From positions 63,074 to 127,073 of the forward strand of contig CAYVVD010000007.1 in NCBI GenBank assembly GCA_964454975.1: a stretch of 64,000 nt of DNA, written 5' to 3'. Shown here in pieces: positions 45,173 through 53,155 of the stretch. The position numbers were made by a program, and so were the translations under genes. The number at the start of each line of letters is the position of its first letter. Within the stretch, counting starts at the first letter, position 1. This stretch comes from an uncultured Hyphomicrobiales bacterium (GTDB taxonomy: Bacteria; Bacteroidota; Ignavibacteria; Kapaibacteriales; UBA2268). The notes beneath the pieces are model-generated. The model was not told the DNA's origin, ran no database searches, and saw only the letters and a program-made list of their open reading frames with translations.

Positions 45173-47479
45173 ATGTCGAAAGGTGGCGGAGCCGGAAAGG
45201 TTTACTTCGTACTTTACCTCGCGGTAGTTCTCGAACTGCTGATTATCATTGTAGAGAGGGATGAAGCCGAAGAGAGCCTTCACAAAAAGCAAAAAGAAAC
45301 TATGCGCATAGTCGAGAGCATCCTGTCGCAGTTGCAGGCAGGCTCAGGCTCGGAAGGTATTAACACACGTCCGCAGGACGAAATTACTTTGCCCCCGCCG
45401 GGTATCAATATGAAGGAAGTATTTGGCACTGAAATTAAATCCTTCAGAAAGTATATTGTGGAGGTTGGTGTTACTGATGTTTCAGCTTCTATTAAGAAAA
45501 AGGAAGATGAATCAGAAAAGGAATACCTCCAAAGGATGCAGACGCTTGTCAAACTTGCCAACGTTGCTGAACTTGAGTACCAGGTATTTTACAATGAAAG
45601 CCAGGACCCATCGGAACCACCTACATTCTTATCACCGGACGAGATTGATGATTTGAAAATTGATTTTGTTGAGATTGAACCCGGAGATATTATTGAAAAT
45701 GACATGGGGGATGTCTGGGAATTCCTTGGTGTTAGGAAACTTGTTCTTGATGATGAAGCCACATTTAACAAGCTTGACCTTAATAAAGTATCGCTCGAGG
45801 CTATCGAGCCTGTCTATCCTTCTGAAAAGGTGATTCACAAAGGGCCGGGCTTTTCACCAAAAGATATCAACCCCGACAGTACTTTTTACTATTCTCATGC
45901 AGAAAGCCTTAAAAATACAAAAATAGCTGATGCAGGTATGCAGAAGCGTTCCTTTATTGTCTATTTCCAGCCTCCTGACAAAGCCGGCTGGTATAAGCTG
46001 CGATTCTCTTCCAGGACAAATAAAATCCTCGGCTTAAGAAAAGAAGCAAGCCAGGAAGAATACATTGATGATGAAACAACTGTTAACATTGGTACAGTTC
46101 AATTGACTGTAAAATCACTTGAGCAGGTACGCAAAAGCCTGGAATCTACACTTGAGAAATTTGACCTGCCTGCGCAAGTTGTAATGCTTGAAGAAGACGG
46201 GCTTGAAAAATTTAACCGGCAAATGTCAGAGGCCCGCCAAAGAATTCTTAACGAGGACGAGGCTGTTGACCTGATGAATAAATTCAGCCTTTACAGCTAC
46301 ATTGCCAAGCTTCTGACACCGGGCATGTCCAGGTATTTCGACCAGAATAAAGGCAAAATCGAATTTAATATCCGTGTAACCAAACCAACACCACAGACTG
46401 TTGACCCGATTATTGCTGTTGCAAATGAAATCCACCGCTTCGATGCAATTCAGCCGCAGTTCAGGATTTCGATTGCTCCATTCAGGGAAGGGCAGAACCA
46501 GTTGCAAGGCTTGGTTTATAACGCATCAGAAGGAACTACCAGCGAACCTATTGCACGTGTTGAATTTATAGAAGCCGGCGAATCCGTTGATGTAGAAGGT
46601 AAGGGGAAAGACTTCTTCGCGAGGATTGACCAGATACTGAGCGCTGCGCAGAGCGGCGGGCCGAGAAAATACCTCGTGAAACTTGTGCACTCCCTCCAGG
46701 GTAAAGTAGCCGATACGACAGCTGAACTAACAATCTACCCGGCTATGGTCGAAGATGAAGTTACAAAGCTTGCGAACTTGTTTGAAGCAAGAGCTGCATA
46801 TGGTAACTATTTCATATTCAACTATATACCGCCCTCTGGCAACAAGATTTTGCCTGAGCAATTCTGCTATAAATTTGTGACTGACGGCGATCCACAACCA
46901 AGAGGATGCGAACGTGGTTATTCTGCGGACAGGGATGATAATCTTTTCTTCGGCGTAAACTCCAAGAAAGCATCTCTTGAGATTGTCTGGAAAGACCCGA
47001 TTAGCGACCAGGAAGTTCCAATCTTCCCGAAGAAAGAAGTAAGCATTCGCCAGAATGAACCGAAAATACTTGTCAATCAGGCAAGTGAAAACATTGGCGG
47101 TTCCCAGGACAGGATTAAAGTCAGAATTGTTAATATCAAGATAAAGCCGCCGGACATAGGTGTTCAGGATGATAGTAAAACTGCAAAAATTGATGTTGAA
47201 GTTGACGTAGAAAAAGTACGTGTTTCCAAAAACTACAAATTGGCAGGTAAACCTTCGTTTACTATAAAAGATGAAGTGATGACAATCGAATTTGACCTTG
47301 TTGGCGAACCCGACGAAGAGGGCTGGGCTAAAGGTTCTGTTGATGTAAGTATTGTAGCTTATGCCACGAACCCCGTGAACGGAGTCAGATCAACTATTCC
47401 TGCGAGGAAAACTTTACCGATTTCAATCAGGAAAAAATTCGACTTGTTCCAGAACGATTTTATGAATCCGTACCGTTAA
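45173..47479 (+). CDS. Hypothetical single-pass membrane protein with large periplasmic beta-rich region (GldM/PorM-like topology)
   Basis: MSKGGGAGKVYFVLYLAVVLELLIIIVERDE: N-terminal TM with an embedded Glu, then a helical segment and Ig-like strands; no recognised family. Confidence 0.75.
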   Translation: MSKGGGAGKVYFVLYLAVVLELLIIIVERDEAEESLHKKQKETMRIVESILSQLQAGSGSEGINTRPQDEITLPPPGINMKEVFGTEIKSFRKYIVEVGVTDVSASIKKKEDESEKEYLQRMQTLVKLANVAELEYQVFYNESQDPSEPPTFLSPDEIDDLKIDFVEIEPGDIIENDMGDVWEFLGVRKLVLDDEATFNKLDLNKVSLEAIEPVYPSEKVIHKGPGFSPKDINPDSTFYYSHAESLKNTKIADAGMQKRSFIVYFQPPDKAGWYKLRFSSRTNKILGLRKEASQEEYIDDETTVNIGTVQLTVKSLEQVRKSLESTLEKFDLPAQVVMLEEDGLEKFNRQMSEARQRILNEDEAVDLMNKFSLYSYIAKLLTPGMSRYFDQNKGKIEFNIRVTKPTPQTVDPIIAVANEIHRFDAIQPQFRISIAPFREGQNQLQGLVYNASEGTTSEPIARVEFIEAGESVDVEGKGKDFFARIDQILSAAQSGGPRKYLVKLVHSLQGKVADTTAELTIYPAMVEDEVTKLANLFEARAAYGNYFIFNYIPPSGNKILPEQFCYKFVTDGDPQPRGCERGYSADRDDNLFFGVNSKKASLEIVWKDPISDQEVPIFPKKEVSIRQNEPKILVNQASENIGGSQDRIKVRIVNIKIKPPDIGVQDDSKTAKIDVEVDVEKVRVSKNYKLAGKPSFTIKDEVMTIEFDLVGEPDEEGWAKGSVDVSIVAYATNPVNGVRSTIPARKTLPISIRKKFDLFQNDFMNPYR

Positions 47480-47518
47480 TTCGAAAGTGAAATTGAATAA
47501 TAAATCCGGGAAATAAGG

Positions 47519-49270
47519 ATGAAGAAACCAGCAATATTTATGATGATTTTGGCGCTTTCATTAGCGGCTGTTCCTGCAATATCGCAGAATAACATGCCGA
47601 CTAACGATGAGATTGCTAAAGTTCTTCAAAGTTTTAAGAACTACAGGTTTGGCGCCATAAGCATGTACGAAGTGATTGACGTAACAGAGCTTAAAGAATG
47701 GCGCAAAATAAGGTTCAGTAAATCTGATGCTGTAAGCCAGGAAGAGTCTGCAGAATGTATTAAGCAGCTGGAAACTGGTGTTGACGAATTGATTAGAAAT
47801 GGCGCTGAAGAAGAAAAAACAATGAATGATATCATTGAAAATATCATTACTGAAGGATATGCTTTACCCGAAAGAGATGTTCTGGAGTGTGCATACCAAT
47901 ACTACGTAGAACAATTCCTTGGACCAAAGGAAGAATTAGTTTTAAGAGCTTATATGGTAACTTCGAGGCCCCCAAAAATAGGGACTATTCCTGACACAAT
48001 AGTTGGTCTCCTTTTCTCTGAAAAACCATTTGAAGAATCATCCGGCGAATTGAAGCCAAACCTCGAAACTGTTCCGTCTGAAGACGTTATGTCAGTTGAT
48101 TTCCTAAAAGAAGAGAAACTCGATGAAACAAAGTACGGTTACAGGACACTATATGACCTTCTGTACGCTTACTTCATCCAGGGCAACGTACAGGACAAAT
48201 CGATGGAAGCCAAAGGCATTTCCAGTGATATCCGCTTCTTTGCAGAAAAACCCGGCCAGACACTACCTCTTATCAACGGCGAAATCATCAGCTCGATGGA
48301 TGTTCAGAAGTTCATGAGGATAAGCGAAGGCCAGCCGATAAATTACCATGAAAATACACAGGAACTCCTTATAAGCCCCGACCAGGTGAAATGGACAAAA
48401 TTCTCACCTGTTTATGTCAGGGATGCAACGGGTAAGCTAAGGAAAGATTCGCTCGGCAACCTGCTCATTGACTACCGTTACCCGGCCAATGCATTCCTGC
48501 CTGATTTCGGGCTTGAAATGAAATATGGAATCGATGAGCTTTATTATCCCTCTTTCTGGAGCGAAAGGATGACAATCAGTGCTCTTTGGGATAATGTAAA
48601 ATTTGGTGTAATCCTGCCTACAAACGGCTGGTCGTCTTTCTCAACGGACATCTTTGACCAGCAGCGCATGCTGACACATGCCGGTATCGGAATTGCAGGC
48701 CAACTCGACTTCCCGTTTGTACTAATTCCCGAAAGTGGTATTTTCCACCTTGGTTTCGGCTACGTATTTGGCAATGCTGAAATAAGCGAATACAAAAACA
48801 GAAACCTGGACCCGGATATCTTTGTCACAAACCAGTTCGACAATGATTATTTAATCAGGGCACACGGGCAGTTGCATTATACATTCGGCATTTCTGTTGA
48901 TGATGATTACTACCTTCGTTTTGGCATGGGAGGAACAATTTACACAATGGAACGCTGGTATAATATGCTGGAAACCACTGAAGAAGAAAACAAAGTTGTA
49001 TTCAAGGAACTTGATTCCGAGACTGTTGGGGGAGTTTCAGGAAAAATTGAGTTTATGGCAACAAACACCACGACTCCTTATGGAGGAAGCATACAATACT
49101 TTGATGAATCGCTTGGTATAAATGCCTGGCTCCAGGTGCCGATTATTGAAGATGCACTTGTGCTAAGGCTTGACGCTAATGGATATGTCACAGCATTTAA
49201 AGAAAACTTGCGCGATTGGGAAAGGTCGAGTGTGATTATTCCAATGGCAAGGTTTATTGTGATTTTCTGA
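47519..49270 (+). CDS. Hypothetical outer-membrane beta-barrel protein
   Basis: Signal peptide; alternating-strand C-terminal half; ends MARFIVIF (terminal Phe). Confidence 0.7.
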   Translation: MKKPAIFMMILALSLAAVPAISQNNMPTNDEIAKVLQSFKNYRFGAISMYEVIDVTELKEWRKIRFSKSDAVSQEESAECIKQLETGVDELIRNGAEEEKTMNDIIENIITEGYALPERDVLECAYQYYVEQFLGPKEELVLRAYMVTSRPPKIGTIPDTIVGLLFSEKPFEESSGELKPNLETVPSEDVMSVDFLKEEKLDETKYGYRTLYDLLYAYFIQGNVQDKSMEAKGISSDIRFFAEKPGQTLPLINGEIISSMDVQKFMRISEGQPINYHENTQELLISPDQVKWTKFSPVYVRDATGKLRKDSLGNLLIDYRYPANAFLPDFGLEMKYGIDELYYPSFWSERMTISALWDNVKFGVILPTNGWSSFSTDIFDQQRMLTHAGIGIAGQLDFPFVLIPESGIFHLGFGYVFGNAEISEYKNRNLDPDIFVTNQFDNDYLIRAHGQLHYTFGISVDDDYYLRFGMGGTIYTMERWYNMLETTEEENKVVFKELDSETVGGVSGKIEFMATNTTTPYGGSIQYFDESLGINAWLQVPIIEDALVLRLDANGYVTAFKENLRDWERSSVIIPMARFIVIF

Positions 49271-49318
49271 TTAAATTGTGTACGATTAGGTTGAAATAAT
49301 AATAAAGAAGTTGAGCGT

Positions 49319-50773
49319 ATGAAAAAGACACTCTCGATATTGTTCCTTGCAATTGCGCTGGTATTTGCTCTCGGAATAGAAAAAGTATCAGCCCAAAAAA
49401 TGAGCATAATTGACTCTTTGAACACTATTGATCCGGAATTAAGAAAGATATTCCCCCGCTGGAAAGTATGCGAACCCGATCTCCAATTCCAGATTTACCA
49501 GGCATTTGTATTGCTTGGTTACAACAAAAACAATCTTAATATGCAAAGCGTTGAGGTTCTTTCTGCGCCTCGCAGCTTCAGGGACAGGTATTATGATATC
49601 CTGTTGATTACTTGCGGCGAAGAATCAATGAATGCGAGGATGATAGATGACCAGATAAAAACACTATCTGATTATCTTTCCGGCAAGAAGATTTATGACA
49701 GGCGTAAATTTGGCGACAGGTCTGCCCAGGGCGAAAGGACTTACTGCTTTGTTGACATTCCTCCGGAAATACCCGTTAATAATGACCAGGCTATTGCAAT
49801 ACAGGATTACCTCGAACCTACAGATGTTACACAGGCATTTTCTATTTCTTTGTTCGAGCAATCACTTAAGCTTGGCGAAAGCGGATTCTGGGTAAAGAAC
49901 ATCTACGGCAACGACCAGGTTGGCTATCCATTCTGGGCAGCAGGGGAAGCAAAAGTAATCCTTAAAAGGCCGCTTTACACAAATCTTAATTCTAATACAA
50001 GAGAAAGTTTCCCTTATCTGATTAATGCTTATCTGGGTGGCGGTTACAGGATAACTTCCGGTATCAACGAGGATGGAGGTATATTAAGCTGGCTTCCGGA
50101 AAGAAAGTTGAATAACGGGCCTGGTGGTAAGCTTATTGCCGGACTGGATGTAAATATGCCATTCCATCCGCAGTCAGGTGTCCATTTCAATATCGAAATT
50201 CCTTTCCAAAGTATTGATCAGGACAAGATTGAAGTAAGTAAATACGCAATGATGCCCGCACCTTTCTCTGCAGGAATTCCAATTAATGATCCCAGGTATG
50301 AGACAGACTCAGTTGAGGCAGTTGCTCCTATACTGGGAACTACAGGCCAGTTTACATTTTTCTACCACTGGTGGATTAATAGGGAAGACAACCCCGAAAA
50401 CTACTTCAGGTTTGACCTTGGTGTAAGCTATGCTGAAGTTCAGAACTATGCTGTTATATTCCATGACGACACTACAGAAGGTGTTTTTCATCATTACCTT
50501 GATAAAAAAGGTATTCCCGGCCTTAGGTTCTATCATCCTAAAGAATTCGGTGACTGGGTATTTGCTAAAATGGAATATCGCAACCAGGCTGCATTCCCGT
50601 TTGGGGTAAGCGTCCAGTATTCGAACCAATTGCTCCTTGCAAGAGCTTACATGCCGCTGATTGGCAACTGGTTCCTTCTCGAAGGAAAGTATGCACAGCC
50701 TCTCAGGAGTGCCAGACCTTATGAAACCGAGCATTTCTTCGTGATTTCTCCTATACTGCGAATTACGATATAA
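49319..50773 (+). CDS. Hypothetical outer-membrane beta-barrel protein (paralogue of 47519)
   Basis: Signal peptide; shares YP.FW and P.G.S.QY....L...A...P.I...L tail pattern; ends SPILRITI. Confidence 0.7.
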   Translation: MKKTLSILFLAIALVFALGIEKVSAQKMSIIDSLNTIDPELRKIFPRWKVCEPDLQFQIYQAFVLLGYNKNNLNMQSVEVLSAPRSFRDRYYDILLITCGEESMNARMIDDQIKTLSDYLSGKKIYDRRKFGDRSAQGERTYCFVDIPPEIPVNNDQAIAIQDYLEPTDVTQAFSISLFEQSLKLGESGFWVKNIYGNDQVGYPFWAAGEAKVILKRPLYTNLNSNTRESFPYLINAYLGGGYRITSGINEDGGILSWLPERKLNNGPGGKLIAGLDVNMPFHPQSGVHFNIEIPFQSIDQDKIEVSKYAMMPAPFSAGIPINDPRYETDSVEAVAPILGTTGQFTFFYHWWINREDNPENYFRFDLGVSYAEVQNYAVIFHDDTTEGVFHHYLDKKGIPGLRFYHPKEFGDWVFAKMEYRNQAAFPFGVSVQYSNQLLLARAYMPLIGNWFLLEGKYAQPLRSARPYETEHFFVISPILRITI

Positions 50774-50795
50774 GAGGATAAATAAATTTGGAAAT

Positions 50796-50837
50796 ACCCC
50801 CTAACATTCTTAAAATTGTGTTGGGGGGTTCTTTTTT
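50796..50837 (+). terminator. Stem-loop with T-tract after beta-barrel genes
   Basis: ACCCCCTAACA...TGTTGGGGGGT followed by TCTTTTTT. Confidence 0.55.
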
Positions 50838-50883
50838 TGAACAAAAACAGTTTTAAGCAGCCAGTGGTTGCTATTGCAGGATA

Positions 50884-52242
50884 TTGGGGATGAAATCCGC
50901 AGCTATAAGAGCTATTTTATTGCTTTCAGCTTATCTGTTGCTTGTTCCATACACAGCACTATCTGTTCCAGAATCACAAAAAAATCTCGATTCGCTTCAA
51001 AAAGCACGCAGGCTGATGCAGCAGGCTGTTGTTAAAAGCGACAAAGAGGAAATTAAGATTACAATCAGGAACGTCGATATTTCCAGGTATCCCGAGGTGA
51101 AAATTATTGTAGAGGCATTTAACATCTATGGCGGGCCTCTTGATACTCTTACCCCTGAAAGATTGACAGTGCTTGAGAACAATGAAGAAAGAAAAGTATT
51201 ATCTGTTGAAAAAATATCTATTAATGAGCGTGTCCCGGTTGATTTTGTCTTTGTGATTGACCAGACCGGCTCAATGGATGCGTACATCAACGCTGTGCGT
51301 AAAAAAATCACCGGTTTTACGGAATTTCTTCTTAAGCGTGGGATTGACTATAATATCGGCCTTGTTTTATACTCTGACCGGATTGAAAAGGCTTATGAAC
51401 CTACAGACAATGTCAGGGATTTCCTCAGGTGGTTGTCAATTGTAAATGCATTTGGCGGGGGGGATGCCAAAGAAAACCTGCTCGAAGCGCTTGAAAAAGC
51501 CAGCACGCTTAATTTCAGGCCATCTGCAAACAAGGTGGTTGTTATTATAACTGATGCACCTTACCACCAGCAGGGAGAAGACGGTAAAGGCAAAACCAAG
51601 CATACAACAGAATCAATAATCAAGTTGATGAATGAAAATGATATGCGGGTATTCTCGATTGTGCCGCCACGTTTGGAGCAGTACAAGGATATCTCATATA
51701 ATACCCGCGGAAACGTATATGATATTGATTACCCGTTTTCGGCAATCCTTGATAATTTCTCCAATCAGCTTACAAACCTGTTCGCCCTTAAATACAGGAC
51801 CGACCTTCCGGCAATCCCTGACTCGATAAACATTGCACTTGTTGACCAGCAGAAAAAAAAGATAATACTCACCCGTAAAACTATTCCGATTGTTGAACTT
51901 GGCCGCAAGCTGATTATTGAAAATATGCTCTATGAAACAGCAAGCGCCCGGCTGCCGGATGAAGTTGAAGAGCTCGAAGTACTGACACAATTCATGAACA
52001 ACAAGCCCAATGTTGTAATTCTTGTGGAAGGCCACACTGATGCTGTGGGCAGCTATGCTGTTAACGACAGGCTTTCGCTTGCAAGGGCAGAAAGCGTAAA
52101 GAATTACCTCATTAATAAAGGGATTTCCCCACACAGGATAAAAACAAGAGGATACGGAGAGAGAAAACCAATTGCTTCAAATAACACAGCACTTGGCAGG
52201 AGCCTTAACCGGCGGACTGAAATTGTAATCGTATCAAAATAA
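50884..52242 (+). CDS. VWA domain + OmpA-family peptidoglycan-binding protein
   Basis: MIDAS DQTGS, ITDAP; OmpA motifs VEGHTD, NDRLSLARAESV, LNRRTEI. Confidence 0.9.
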   Translation: MGMKSAAIRAILLLSAYLLLVPYTALSVPESQKNLDSLQKARRLMQQAVVKSDKEEIKITIRNVDISRYPEVKIIVEAFNIYGGPLDTLTPERLTVLENNEERKVLSVEKISINERVPVDFVFVIDQTGSMDAYINAVRKKITGFTEFLLKRGIDYNIGLVLYSDRIEKAYEPTDNVRDFLRWLSIVNAFGGGDAKENLLEALEKASTLNFRPSANKVVVIITDAPYHQQGEDGKGKTKHTTESIIKLMNENDMRVFSIVPPRLEQYKDISYNTRGNVYDIDYPFSAILDNFSNQLTNLFALKYRTDLPAIPDSINIALVDQQKKKIILTRKTIPIVELGRKLIIENMLYETASARLPDEVEELEVLTQFMNNKPNVVILVEGHTDAVGSYAVNDRLSLARAESVKNYLINKGISPHRIKTRGYGERKPIASNNTALGRSLNRRTEIVIVSK

Positions 52243-52295
52243 AAACGCGCCGCAAATCAAGATCACGACGCCTTAAATCCTTTTTGCTTACGCAC

Positions 52296-53009
52296 TTATT
52301 TGCTTACTACTATCTGACCCTGCTCCAGTTGTTCACCGGAACTTGATATAATATAGTAATAAGAGCCGTTACTTATGTTTTCAGTATCTATGCGGTTCAT
52401 TCCGTTATTCAACGAACCGGTATAAACAGATTTTCCTGAGGGTTCATAGATTTCTACAATTATCCTGTCCTCGAATGTTTCCTTTATCTCAAAGAAAATA
52501 TGGCCCCGGGCAGGATTGGGAAATACCTTGAAAGCATTGCTTTCTTTAGATTCAACACTGCTTGTAGAAGTAATGGTGAAGGTAGATTCGCTTACATCTT
52601 GTAAATCCGGGTTTCCGGCATCATAAACTTTAATCAGACAATTGTCAGAATTAAAACCATCGGTATTAGTCCAATTCCAGGAATTAGTGCCATCAGGAGA
52701 ATCAATGCCTTTAAAAGTGTTAAAGTTTGTACCCCCATCAATTGAAATGGCAATTCCAATGGAATCTAACAAAAGCGATTCCCATTCAATCGTTATAGCA
52801 TCTCCGGCATTGAATACTTCGCCGCCGTTAGGTTTATTTAAGTCCAGGGATGCAGAAACTCCGGCAGTGTTAAACTTAACGGAAGCTCCTTCATAATAGA
52901 CTCGGGTTTTTACTGTAGCTTTTGCTTCAGCTTTTACCTGGGCGTTTGCCTGGAATGCAAACGCAAGAAATAGAAACGGTATAATAAGTAATCTCATCAA
53001 TAACTCCAT
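52296..53009 (-). CDS. Small T9SS cargo (Ig-like domain + CTD); start probably ATG 52997
   Basis: Signal peptide; PNGGEVF..G..I.I.W module; CTD VFPNPA...NGSYYY. Confidence 0.8.
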   Translation of the reverse strand: MELLMRLLIIPFLFLAFAFQANAQVKAEAKATVKTRVYYEGASVKFNTAGVSASLDLNKPNGGEVFNAGDAITIEWESLLLDSIGIAISIDGGTNFNTFKGIDSPDGTNSWNWTNTDGFNSDNCLIKVYDAGNPDLQDVSESTFTITSTSSVESKESNAFKVFPNPARGHIFFEIKETFEDRIIVEIYEPSGKSVYTGSLNNGMNRIDTENISNGSYYYIISSSGEQLEQGQIVVSK

Positions 53010-53155
53010 TGCCTGTGAATTTGAATGAATGAAAATTCACTAATACAACCTCTAATATAACAATAAACGTGCGAATTAGGAATTAATTGAAATATGATAC
53101 TTGGATTTACTATAATTTAGAGACGCCCTTTACAGGGGGCTCTCCGTTGAATCCC

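Noticed and set aside
421-47511. Recurrent AATCCGGGA in intergenic DNA (about 422, 32160, 41616, 47503)
   Set aside because: Similar words also occur within coding regions (e.g. near 1663, 52604), so enrichment cannot be claimed without a count.
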